A DNA stretch of 63,225 nt, counting the filler, from Lenisia limosa (Eukaryota; Protista; Breviatea), in the NCBI GenBank assembly GCA_001655205.1. It is 13 parts of 13 records of this genome, joined end to end, with 100 filler letters (N's around TTAATTAATTAA, not from the genome) between each part and the next. Parts side by side here need not be neighbours in the genome. Positions count along the whole stretch, not along the records: positions 18,818 to 21,040 come from LPNZ01010498.1; positions 21,141 to 23,466 come from LPNZ01002513.1; positions 23,567 to 25,380 come from LPNZ01004308.1; positions 25,481 to 29,751 come from LPNZ01003199.1; positions 29,852 to 34,281 come from LPNZ01008582.1; 8 more parts are not named here. One strand, 5' to 3'. Within the stretch, counting starts at the first letter, position 1; each line of letters opens with the position of its first letter. This document shows, piece by piece, positions 18,820 through 31,359 of this stretch. Position numbers and translations under genes: made by a program. The notes under the pieces are model-generated. The model was not told the origin of the DNA, searched no databases, and saw only the letters and a program-made list of their open reading frames with translations.

Positions 18820-21004
18820 ACTACGAAGAAGAGCTGGACGTTCCGTTGGTTCTCTTTAACTCGGTCATGGACCACGTCCTCAGAATCGACAGGGTGTTGA
18901 GACAGCCCCAAGTGGGTGGGTGTAATTACTGTTAGGAGTGCTTCTCTGTGAAAGAGAGTAAGTATCAAAGCCACCCACCCCCCTCCTGAGGGCTTCACTT
19001 CGTTTTGAAAAAGACTGAATTTCTCGATTAATCCTCGAAAACTATCATTTTTTAAACCGAAGTGAACCTCACCCCACCCCCCACTCTTTCCTCACTTCTT
19101 AGGGGCACCTTCTACTCATCGGTGACNNNNNNNNNNNNNNNNNNNNNNNNNNNNNNNNNNNNNNNNNNNNNNNNNNNNNNNNNNNNNNNNNNNNNNNNNN
19201 NNNNNNNNNNNNNNNNNNNNNNNNNNNNNNNNNNNNNNNNNNNNNNNNNNNNNNNNNNNNNNNNNNNNNNNNNNNNNNNNNNNNNNNNNNNNNNNNNNNN
19301 NNNNNNNNNNNNNNNNNNNNNNNNNNNNNNNNNNNNNNNNNNNNNNNNNNNNTAGTTTTGACCGATTTTTTTAAGATGGAAATATGGTAGCATCTCTCAA
19401 GACTTGACCACAGTACATTTTATTTTATTTTATTATGAATAATATATAATATATTTATGATTCTATATCATATTTAAATGCTCACACTGACCTTCAGGTC
19501 CATCCTCGCTATGGTGCGGAGGACTTCGATACCGATCTCAGGTACGGGAGAGGGGGAGAGGGGGGGTATTAGGTATGTGTGTATGCGAGAGTATTGTGCT
19601 AAATCATCGAAATGCTTCATCTAGAACTATCCTAGTAAATCCGTATAACGGCATTGCAGCGTCCCTATGTGACATCCTAGGACTGTCATGCGCCGAGCGG
19701 GTTGTGAAGGCGAGCGTCTTTGCTTTATTTTCGACGAAAGCAACATTCTGTCCTCAGCTTTCCTTGAAAGAATGAATACACTTCTGGTGGGGGTTTTAAG
19801 CGATTTCATCTGAAAAGTGAAAATTGTTTGTCGTTCTTTGTTGTAAACTGGTTTTGTGTATTTTAACTCACCCTATTAGGCAAGTGGAGAGGTTCCAGGC
19901 CTCTTTGAAGGCGACGACAGGTCATCCCTGTTGCACGGAATTAGAGTTGGGGGAGGGGCACTTCTAATAATAAGACAATTCATTAAATATAATCTAGGGA
20001 TGTAAACAACATGGGGATACTGAGTAATTTTCTCTTTCACTCCTTTCTTGTCAAACAGCTAAAACGAACCTGTCCATATTACGTTTGAAAGGGTTTTCTT
20101 TTCTTACCGCGTATCATCAATCATTGATATTTATTCCCAAATTACCCCCCCTTTAGGAGGGAGCCGCCCGTAAGAACGTTCAGCTCTCGTCCGAGGAGGA
20201 AATGCTTAAATNNNNNNNNNNNNNNNNNNNNNNNNNNNNNNNNNNNNNNNNNNNNNNNNNNNNNNNNNNNNNNNNNNNNNNNNNNNNNNNNNNNNNNNNN
20301 NNNNNNNNNNNNNNNNNNNNNNNNNNNNNNNNNNNNNNNNNNNNNNNNNNNNNNNNNNNNNNNNNNNNNNNNNNNNNNNNNNNNNNNNNNNNNNNNNNNN
20401 NNNNNNNNNNNNNNNNNNNNNNNNNNNNNNNNNNNNNNNNNNNNNNNNNNNNNNNNNNNNNNAACCGACTTCTCATCCCGCGCCGCTACGTCTCCGGCAC
20501 TGTTCAATAGGTGCTGCTCTGCTTCCAAGCTACCTTTACCCCTATCACCACGTATATCTTTTCGATCATCCTATTACTTAGTACCTTTACTTCATCGAAA
20601 TTCCTTCTTATTACTTTGTTTTATTGTTATCAACCCTCGTGTGTTGTCAGCCAACAGAGTTGATTCTGGGCTTTTTTTTTTTGGTTCATAAACGTTCCCA
20701 TTTGCCCCTCCCCCCATAGATGCGTAGTGGATTGGTTTGGCACGTGGGATGACTCAGCTCTGCGGCATGTTGCCTCAGAACTCACTGCTCACCTCGACCT
20801 CGACCTTGACGACTGGAGCTGTCCTGGCGGTGGGGGGTCTAATGATAGTCAAATGTATACCTTTCTGTGTTGCTTTCCCATCCCATTTCTTCACAAATAA
20901 TCATAGCGATATATGATATGAAAGAATCAGTTTTTATACTGCAGAATACCCGGAGACCGCGCGCGAAGCTGTCGTAGAGAGCCTTGTAGATGCACACAGA
21001 GCTG
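18820..21004 (+). CDS. DYNC1H1: Cytoplasmic dynein-1 heavy chain, AAA4 region, fragment
   Basis: [30 protein letters not shown]|GHLLLIG; [11 protein letters not shown]; [13 protein letters not shown]; [11 protein letters not shown]|CVVDWFGTW. Confidence 0.93.
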
Positions 21005-21391
21005 TGGGGGTGGGGTATTTCATCCATTTTCCATTTTGCGNNNNNNNNNNNNNNNNNNNNNNNNNNNNNNNNNNNNNNNNNNNNTTAATTAATTAANNNN
21101 NNNNNNNNNNNNNNNNNNNNNNNNNNNNNNNNNNNNNNNNCATCCAAGGAATCTTTTTTCTAACCACTTGAGCTTCCCTTCGGTTCGAAAAAAGATTGAC
21201 TTTCTCAATATATCCTTGAAAACGATCGATATTTTACCAGCCTTTTTCGGTAATTTGTTTATGGTATCCTTATGTATTTATTCCCTAGGTTTTAAATGTA
21301 TAATATATCGATATTTCTTGTTCAAAAAACTTGTTCTAATTGAAGTGAAGGAAGCCCAACTGAACCCCCCCTCTCTACTCATTTTCCTCAC

Positions 21392-23323
21392 CTCCAAGGC
21401 GTCCTGGTCGAAGTGTTCCATAGCACGCAGCATGTTCGATCTTAAGCCGGTGGGAGGCTCGTTGGTCTTCTTGAGACTGTTCTGCATGATGGAGGCCGGG
21501 ATGTTTGCCTAATAAGGTAAGTACTATACTTGGAACGTTTCATTAGATGAATATTAACCTTAATCAAACACTCACACATACATACACAAAAAAAAACAAA
21601 AAAAAAACATTGCCTCCCCCCCGCCAACCTTTGTGGGGTTGTGCGCGAGGGGCTCTGCACTGAGGAAAATACGGGTATCTTCATGGGACGTTTCGGCCAC
21701 GGTTTCGAGGAGTTTCTCGAGGGAAGGCAGCCAGGATTGGGCCAAATGGATGTTTTGAAGCCTTTTGGGTGAGGTTTGGAAGGAAGTGATTGATGATTGG
21801 ATCAAGATTAGGGCTTCAGGGTGATTAAGAGAATTCTCAATAAATCATCACTACAGTGACCAGCAAAAGTCTTGACCGATTATCCTTGGGAAATCATAGC
21901 AAATCGGTCAAGACCTATCCTGGTCACTAAATATCAATATCGATAGTTTACCAATCTTTTTAAGTAACTTGGTGAAGCCCCCACATGACCCATATAAGGA
22001 AATCTACCATATAAGGAACCCCATCCTCATACATACAGAATATGCCCCACCCCACATGACCCAGGTGCCCTGTTCTGCAGCGCGCAGTAGAGCTGCCTCT
22101 GCTGTCGGCTCCTGTCCCTGTCCGAGAGAGACTGTCGCCAATCGGTCGTCCTGCACGGGGAGTAAACGAAGGAAATTTCGATGAAAAATCTTGGCGTAAA
22201 GGTAGTTATATGGTTAATAGGGGCAGGGGGGAGGGGGGTAAAACTCGAAAATTTATTAAATATAAAAAAAGTCTGAATCAACTCTTTTGGCTGACAACAC
22301 ATGAGGGTTGTGAACAACAAAACCAACAAAGCCCAGGTCAGTCGCTTCTGCAGCACCGAATCACATCACTCGTGAAACGAAAGGAAATTCGAATAAAGCG
22401 GGGAGTAAAACGAAGGAAATTTCGATGAAGAATATTGGTGTAAAGGTAGTAGTTATATGGTTATTATTGGGTAAAATTCGAAAATTTATGAAAAAAAAGG
22501 AGCCCAAATCAACGAACAACAAAACAAACAAAGCCCAGNNNNNNNNNNNNNNNNNNNNNNNNNNNNNNNNNNNNNNNNNNNNNNNNNNNTAATACCGCAC
22601 TCTATAACTAGGGCTTCCCTCTTCCTTATCTTATCCCCACCTCCATAGCGAATCCCTTCTTCCTTGCCAGGGCTTCAACATCAACGAGAGGATCGACGCC
22701 TGAGGGGGGTGTGAGTGAGGAGAGAGAGAGAGAGAGGAGGGTAAAACCTAAAACCTAAAATGGAATGTAAAAATTTATGCAAAAAAGCTGGAAATTTTAA
22801 AATCGATATAAAAAGAAAAATGATACCGAAGGACAAGAATAAGATGGGTGGAGGAACGATGGAATGCAATAATGGAAAAGAGGTCTTACCAGGGGACAAG
22901 ATGAAGAAGATGGGGGTAGCAGGCGAGGCTTCTTTCATCATAGACTCCAGGCCCTATGGTGTTAGGGGAACTGTCACTAATTTGGTCCCTTGGATAGACA
23001 ATGATCGAAACAAGGTTTTATCTTGCCAAAGCCATCACCATCACGCTTTTAGGATAATTCTAATATAGTATATCAAATCACTTTTTGGATCACTTTCATA
23101 GGTGGGGCTATTTTCCACGCAGTGATATAATTGACCGACAAGTCTCAATGATACTCTGATACAGTTGGGATGAACCCTCGTGTTATCTTTGTTCATGATT
23201 TCGACTCGAAAGTCGGTTATAACCCCCTATGTACCCCCGGGTACCTCATTTGGTGGGGTCACGAACTCCGGGCCAAGGGTTGACTCAATGAAGCCTTGAA
23301 GGGCGTATGTCACACGGTCCGGC
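21392..23323 (-). CDS. Axonemal dynein heavy chain, outer-arm beta type (DNAH9/11/17-like), AAA6 region, fragment
   Basis: RPDRVTYALQGFIESTLG; SPATPIFFILSPG|VDPLVDVEAL; VSLGQGQEPTAEAALLRAAEQGTW; LQNIHLAQSWLPSLEKLLE; RIFLSAEP; NSLKKTNEPPTGLRSNMLRAMEHFDQDALE. Confidence 0.88.
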
Positions 23324-23684
23324 CTGTGGGGGGGGGGGCGGCGGTAAAAAGATGGAAATTTCAATGACGAATATTGGCGTAAAGGTACCGAGCAACCTTC
23401 GCAAACTAGGGAGTAAAATTGGAAAATTGAAGAAACAAAAAGCTTAAAATCAACTCTGTTGGCTGANNNNNNNNNNNNNNNNNNNNNNNNNNNNNNNNNN
23501 NNNNNNNNNNTTAATTAATTAANNNNNNNNNNNNNNNNNNNNNNNNNNNNNNNNNNNNNNNNNNNNCACGCGCACGCATACATACACGCACACGCACACA
23601 CGCACACGCACATGCATACATACACACGCACGCACACATGCACACACACAACACACACATTTACGTAAGATATAACCCCCCCAC

Positions 23685-25379
23685 AAAGAGGCCAGCTGTG
23701 ATATGACCTCGGGTTGATTTGGTACCAATTTGTTGAGGGCGTGTAAGTGCGCTGCAGCTTCGTGATAATCACCCAGGCGGATGCAGCACAGGCCTGGGGG
23801 GGGGGGGGNNNNNNNNNNNNNNNNNNNNNNNNNNNNNNNNNNNNNNNNNNNNNNNNNNNNNNNNNNNNNNNNNNNNNNNNNNNNNNNNNNNNNNNNNNNN
23901 NNNNNNNNNNNNNNNNNNNNNNNAACAAGCAATAATAAACACGAGCAACCAACGCTAAAATTAGACAAAGCTATGGACAAATGGGGGGTAAAATTGGAAA
24001 ATGTATGAAGCCCCCTCCCCCAGAATCAACACTGTTGGCTAGCATTTGGGAAAAACATGAGGTGTATCAAGGTCAAATTATATCTTTTTATCCCTGGGTT
24101 TATAGGATTTTCTTGCTATCCAAAAAAAACAACAATTAAACACACAGGCTTCAACAACAACATCCCAAATACCAAGATTGTGGAGGGCTTCAGAACAGTC
24201 ACTTTCAGCTCGAATTGCGCGGAAATACAGTTCTTTGGCCTTTTGGTACTCCTAATTTGGTAAGGACATATTCCTCATATTCCAAATTTGGTAAGTGTTT
24301 TGCAAGCTGTATTCTGTATAACAGATTGAGAGAGAGCCAATGAAGAGCTTCACTGTCGGTTCAAAAAAAAAAAATTCCGAAAAATATTAAGACTGCGCAA
24401 AGGATTGAGACAGTAATTGCAAAATTTCAGAAAAAAAAACACTTCAGCCACTTTAATTTCGAAAACTAACAATTAATTGAACATAGCAAAAATCGTAGGC
24501 TAACAGCCCCCTCCCTACTTTTTTGGAGTAGAAGCAGTTAGCCAGATTCACGAGGGCCTTGGCGTTGTAAGGATCGCTCTCAACGGCTTGTTCGGCGTAA
24601 TGCATTGCCTATAAAAGTAAGTTATGTATTTGCCTCATATGGTAAGTTATGTACTACTTGCCTGAGGTAAGTTCTGTACTTAGCTTATTTAGAAGGTTGT
24701 GGAGAAGGTGTTGAACGTTATGGCAACACCCCACATGTATTGTTTTAATATAATATATATTGTCATATGTATTATTATAAATAGACAACAATTATATAAT
24801 ATATACTGTTATAGTAATAGATATAGTAGTTCATATCATATGATATATTAAAAAACAAACCTGGGTCACCCGGCCTTCTACAAAGTGCAGAAAAGACAGG
24901 TTACACGCCGCTGACGCCATCATGCCCGCGCCTTTACGCTCAAAAGAGTTGAGTACCTGCATGGCCTGGGGGTGGGGGGGTAAAGTTGGAAAATTTATGA
25001 AACAAAAAAAGAACCCATAATCAACTCTGTTGGTTGACTCCACACGATGGTTACTAACAACANNNNNNNNNNNNNNNNNNNNNNNNNNNNNNNNNNNNNN
25101 NNNNNNNNNNNNNNNNNNNNNNNNNNNNNNNNNNNNNNNNNNNNNNATGTGAGTGGAATCACGTCAAAAGGCAATAAAATATGATTTCTCCTATAATTCC
25201 CCAAAAATTAAAAAAAATAAAATAAAAGGTCGATTTTGAAACTACAGACGTTTTTTGAGACAGTCATTAAAAACACAGTAATGTACCTTGGGAAAGTTTT
25301 TCTTCTTAATGAATGCAAGGGCCTTGGCAATTTCGAGTTCAGCAGTAAGGTAACTATATGGCGATCTTTGAACAACTTC
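23685..25379 (-). CDS. IFT88: Intraflagellar transport protein 88 (TPR), fragment
   Basis: EVVQRSPYSYLTAELEIAKALAFIKKK; AMQVLNSFERKGAGMMASAACNLSFLHF; AMHYAEQAVESDPYNAKALVNLAN; EYQKAKELYFRAIRAESDCSEALHNLG; AAAHLHALNKLVPNQPEVISQLA. Confidence 0.88.
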
Positions 25380-25833
25380 CNNNNNNNNNNNNNNNNNNNN
25401 NNNNNNNNNNNNNNNNNNNNNNNNTTAATTAATTAANNNNNNNNNNNNNNNNNNNNNNNNNNNNNNNNNNNNNNNNNNNNAAATATGGACAAGTGAAACA
25501 AAAATAACCCAAGGTGAAAAGTGAATGTAGCTACATACACTGACCAGGATAAGTCTTGACTGTCATAGAGCAAATCGGTCAAGACTTATCCCGGTCACTG
25601 TGAGATATCATATACATATCATATGATATAGTAGTATATTATAAAAAAAAACAACTCAGTTGGCTAATCAAGTGAGATATAATGCTTCAGTGTGTTGACT
25701 TAAATTTTGAAAGGAAATAAGAAATTGGTCTCAGCTATTCTCTCTTTCCAGCGTGCGGAAGGAGCTGAAGAGACATAGAATAAGAAAAGGTGTAATAGAG
25801 AGATTTAACCGGCCGCAAATTCTTAATCACTCA

Positions 25834-28800
25834 CATAAACGCAAGGGTCTTATTGGAACGAGCAGTCAAAACGTCTTCGTTTTCATTTTGGGAATCCTCA
25901 GGCTGGAGAGGTGAGACAAATAACCCTGAATAAATATTTATAAAGAATAAGCAATTTTTAATGAACAAACAACTTCTTTGGGGGACACAAAAGAGACATG
26001 ATGCAAGAATCAACAGGGGAAATGTTTAGTATAGTAATAGTATATTATATGATATCATATATTGTATCTGACAAGTCAAGTCTCAATAACAAGGAGAGAG
26101 CACCATTTCTACGTTTTTATTTGTATGATGTTGTATCCAGAAAAATCAATATAATGTATATTTCCCAGAAAAGGCCCGAATAAGGACCTCCCTCCTCACT
26201 AAAGACCGCATTAAATACTGCACCACCTCTTCAAGTTCATCCTGAGGCCTCCCTCCCACCTCTTCAAGTTCATCCTGGGGAGCCGCCAGAGCCTCGGCCA
26301 GTGTGATACCGTCAACGGACTCTGGTTTGATACCCTCGCCTGCTTGGTCAGTCTTGTCTCGTTGATGATGACGATATCATAGGAAATGAATACGCATTGA
26401 CAGGGAGAGGACTTGACCAAATTTCCTTGGAAAATCATTGCAAATCGGTCAAGACTTATCCTGATCACTGTATTTATGATATTTATGGTGGTTGTAAAAA
26501 GCGCATGAAACACAGACATAAAAAAGTTGATAGCGATCGCAAAAATATTTTGATGAATTGCAATTAGGGCTTCATTTTGGTTCGGAAAAAGACTGCATTT
26601 CTCGATAAATCCAAAAGAACTAACGATATTTTTTGCCGTTATTGTCCGAACCAAAGTGAAGCCCTAATTGCAATTGATGAAGAGGAAATGTTTCACTCAA
26701 AGATTACACCCAAGATAGTCACCCTTGTGTAGACTTTTAATCCTGGCTGGTCACTTCAATCCTACTCCATCCCTATTCCATTACAATGTGAAACCATTTT
26801 TTAGTGCCCAGATCCGTCATACCAAGGTCTCCTCATTGTTTTTTGCCGCCGCCACCAACAACGCCTATTTGAATATTTTGGTTCTTTTTCTTTATTTTTA
26901 CTGAATGTGTTTTTATATAAACATTTATTGTTCTTTCACCCCCCCCCCCCAGCCCCTACCTTCTTGTCTAAACGCTTCCGCAACCTCATCNNNNNNNNNN
27001 NNNNNNNNNNNNNNNNNNNNNNNNNNNNNNNNNNNNNNNNNNNNNNNNNNNNNNNNNNNNNNNNNNNNNNNNNNNNNNNNNNNNNAACAACTTCTCACTA
27101 AATTATGTCACCTTACCACAGTATCCCATAGAAGGAAGTTAGAATATTTGTAGAAGTATAAAACATATAAGACCGAACGCCCACCATTTCAGGTTGTTGA
27201 GTTGCCGGGTCGAACTGATCAAAGTCTGGCACAGGCTCATCCATTGGCATTTCTGCAATGGGATCGTCAACTGAAGGGTTACGGGATCACTCCAAATCAA
27301 AAGACTGACAAAATATCGATAGTTTTCGAGAATATATCGAGAATTCAGTCTTTTCTAGTCTTGGTGTATAGTAGAGACAATAAGATCATACGAGGCGGCA
27401 TATCCATGGGAGCGTCTTCAAGGAACTCCACGATTTCCTCTGGTACATCCTCGTCGTTCTTCTTCTGCTTCTTTTGGTCGGGAAGGAGCGTGACGTCGCG
27501 TTCGGGTCCCTTTAATGTCAGAGGGGGGGGGAGTGCAAAATTGGAAAATTTATGAAACAAACAAAAATAATCAACTCTGTTTACAAGCAGCAGCAGCCGA
27601 GGTTTGAGAACAACAAAACAAACAAAGCCCAAAGCAGTCGTTTCTGCAGCACCGCATCCCACCCATCACTCCATCAGGGGGAGTGCAACTTATACCGCAT
27701 ACAATTTTTGCTTGATGTGCCTTACTCACCATCCCCCCCACTCTTGGAATATCATTTTGTTTGATGTATGCCTCCAGGCCAATGGAGCGAATGGCTCGGA
27801 GTCTCTGCAGCTCTTCCAGGGACTTGGTGAACACGAGAGCCCCGGCACGCAGAGTGTCAAGCTCAGAAGCCAGGTCTGGGGGGTAAAACAGGAACATGTA
27901 TGAAACAAAAAAGCCTAAATCAACTCTGTTGGCTGACAACACACAAGAGTTGATAACAACAAGTAAAAATGGAANNNNNNNNNNNNNNNNNNNNNNNNNN
28001 NNNNNNNNNNNNNNNNNNNNNNNNNNNNNNNNNNNNNNNNNNNNNNNNNNNNNNNNNNNNNNNNNNNNNNNNNNNNNNNNNNNNNNNNNNNNNNNNNNNN
28101 NNNNNNNNNNNNNNNNNNNNNNNNNNNNNNNNNNNNNNNNNNNNNNGCCATTGGAACTTGGTATGCTTGTTGGCTCGGCGCTTCCGTTCCTAAACTGGTG
28201 AAACCGATGGGCTGGGAATGACGCACGTGAATCTGATCGAAACATCCAACACAAGCATGCTTATATACGTAGTAGTATATCATATGATATGATATGCTAT
28301 TAGGGCTTCTCAACGGTGAGAAAAAGACCGTTAAAATATCGATAGTTATCGAGGATTTATCTTGAAATTCAATCTTTTTTGGGACGTTATAAATTATAGA
28401 AATAAAACTATTGATACTATCATCATAAATGTGAAACAATAATAAACTGACCGAATCTAAATCGCATGATATTATGTACTAGTATATTATGATTTCGTGT
28501 ATCTAAATAGCATGATATTATGTATTATATATGATATCGGTCACCAGCCTACTTCCCTGCTGATGATGATGTCACTTGTGTCTTGGAGCTAAAAGGTCAA
28601 CTTGAAGGGGGAAGGGGCCAAGAAAACGTCTTCTAAATTGCCTCCCACCCGGTATTTTATGTTTTTTTTTGTGTGAGAGCAAGAAATATATAAGCCAGGG
28701 AAACATAAGAATTAGCTTCACTTTCGGTTCTAAAAAAGACTAAATCCTCGATAAATCCTCGATAAATATCGATATTTTCCCGGTCTTTAGAACCGAAAGT

Positions 28801-29630
28801 GAAGCTCTAATAATATATATTACCCTCAAAATACCCTCCAACGTTCTTCTTCATGGTTTCGGAAGGAATGCGAATTTCGTGGTCAACGACCAAGGTGTCA
28901 CGGGGGCGCTTTTTCTGCGACTTCGCCTGAGGGGGTGAAGTCAAATAGGGGCATGCTCATAAAATTGTGTTGAAATCTGTAATAAAACAAAGGAGTCTAC
29001 GGAGAAATATCAGTAAACTACGGCGCATCGACTTGGAATTCTTGTTTCCCAGATTTTACATGAATCCAATGTAATTTTATTGTAATTCGAAGAAATTAAT
29101 GGGATTTTCAAATAATACATGGGAATCCCAAGTCGATGCGCCGTAGAGTACAGCCTGCCTACTTGGGTCACGACAGGAGGGGTGCTTTCAAGGAGTGATC
29201 TGGGTTGGGCTATATGGGATAAAACAAGGCCTTTTCCTCTTATGTTTGTCATCAAAAACCTATTGCACTGTGCCGGCTTACTATGCAGCAGATTTACATA
29301 TAATATATACTGAATACTACATATAAAATATGATAGTACACAGTGTATGATATATAGAAATGAGTAAGAAAAAAACAAGTTTGTGTCCGGCCGAAGCCTT
29401 CCACACCGTTACGCTTAAGAGATATTGAATTATAGTATTACTATATCTTATTAATTCACCCAATCATTTGCCAAACAACTCTGTGCACAGCTTTCTGCGT
29501 GCCTCCCCAGAGAGTGTATGATACTTATCAATTTTGTGTGTTGTGTTAAGATTAAGCTGTTATGAAAAGGCTTACAAAGAGCGAAGAACTTGCGCTGGGT
29601 CTGCGCGCGGTCAGAGACCCTGAAATAACG
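25834..29630 (-). CDS. Rad21/Rec8-like cohesin kleisin, middle/C-terminal part
   Basis: AKSQKKRPRDTLVVDHEIRIPSETMKKN|LQDTSDIIISRE resembles the Rad21 SA-binding motif; an acidic/Pro-rich linker follows, then TARSNKTLAFM resembling the start of the C-terminal winged helix. Confidence 0.55.
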
Positions 29631-30202
29631 ATAAATGGTGTTTGATGAAAGAGAACTTTCCTTCTCTTTCGATAAAACTTCAGAACAGCTTTCCCCCTCT
29701 TTCCCTAGTCCGTATTATCCCCCTCTTTCCCTAGTCCGTATTATCCCCCTCNNNNNNNNNNNNNNNNNNNNNNNNNNNNNNNNNNNNNNNNNNNNTTAAT
29801 TAATTAANNNNNNNNNNNNNNNNNNNNNNNNNNNNNNNNNNNNNNNNNNNNGGGAGTAAATAAGGTTAAATTACGCGGAGTAAGAGGGGGGGGGGTATGA
29901 AAGATGTATAATTGAGGGAGGAGTGTCAAAACACAAAACTACATATTATATATCGATATTATGTAGTATATAGTGTACATATGATATAGTTTATAAGCTA
30001 TAAGCTATTTGTTTTGTGTTAGACTTTCGCTACCGCCCAAGCTGCCGTCTCCGGACTATTGTGATGTGTTTCAAGGCTCTCTCCAGAGACAGACGCGAGT
30101 TTTCCATGGATACAACCAGTTTGTATTTACATTTTATATATAGTAAATTATTACATATCTAACATTGAACATATAGGTAGGGGGACATGACCGTGTCCAC
30201 TT

Positions 30203-30895
30203 TTAAAAAAATTCTGGCTGGCAGCCCGGGTTGCCTTTTGTTGAATTTTTTTCTTTGAAAGACCCTTTTTCACAAGTACAAGTTGAACCTTCATATTCTT
30301 TCACAACACTATTTACAAAATCTTTTAATAAGACATCTTTATCAAATATTTTGTCAATGGTTTCGATGGGGAGTTCAATTAGGATTGTCATTTTAGAGAT
30401 AAAAAAATAATTTTTTTCATTTTATTATTTTGATCACATATATTTCATAATTTATTTTTAAGCTAAAGCAATTTTAAAATTCCAATAATATTTTGAAAAA
30501 CTTCCAACTGTTCCATGTTCTTTTCTTTTCGTTAATCTAATTTTCATTTTCCCAGAATTTGTTTACATATGAATTTCCTTAATTAGGTTTTTAGATTTTC
30601 CCTAATCTTCATCAGTAAATTTCTTACCTTTTTCAATTTCCACAATATAATCTTTGAAATATTCATTTAGGATACTATCATCGAATACATTTTGTTAATC
30701 CATGTTGCATGTCATATGTAAATGTACAATATAATTTGTCAACAAATATTTGAGGACATGAACCATAATCAATAACCTCTTCTTCCTCTTCCTCATCATC
30801 CGAGAAAATATCTACTTCATCAACATCATCAACAACTGAAACAATCTTTGCTTCAGCTTTTTTAGTTATATATTCAAATTTTTGAATGCTTGAGA
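30203..30895 (-). pseudogene. AT-rich, intronless pair of degenerate ORFs (possible viral or transposon relic)
   Basis: The upstream frame (acidic run SDDEEEEEEVIDYGSCPQIF...KYYWNFKIALA*) has a frameshift and stops; the downstream ORF 30203-30391 follows TAAAATG. Composition is more AT-rich than host exons. Confidence 0.35.
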
Positions 30896-31359
30896 AATTT
30901 TGGTAGCTTGGAAAATAAAAAATGAAAAATATTTTTTCAAACAGTTTTAAAAAATAAGGGTAATTTTTTCATCCTATTTTTTTCATACATTTATTTTTTC
31001 CTGAGTAATTTCATACAATTTTCACAATTTGGTTTTCGCATGGGGTGTATATACATTCTTTACCTGGGGGAGCATATTTTTCGGATCAACCACAAATTCT
31101 CTCTAGGTAGGTTGCACCAACTCACGCTGTACTAATAATGCCATCAAGTCGGATAAAAGATAGGTGCGCGAAGACTAGTCGCGGCTAGACCTGAACCGTT
31201 ACCGGGTTCTGCTTCTAGCCACATTTATAGCCTTGATATAGAATTATTAGGACCAAAATCTGATGATTTAGGCGGATATAGTTTGCTGCCCAAGATATAC
31301 CCCCATTTCGCTCTTGCAGCCTGTTAATAAAGTTGCAGCAAATGAACTGCGTGCCCTCC

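Noticed and set aside
29385-29512. Family D end (...CCTCCCCAG) as a splice acceptor
   Set aside because: That reading is antisense to the host gene in every assignable case.
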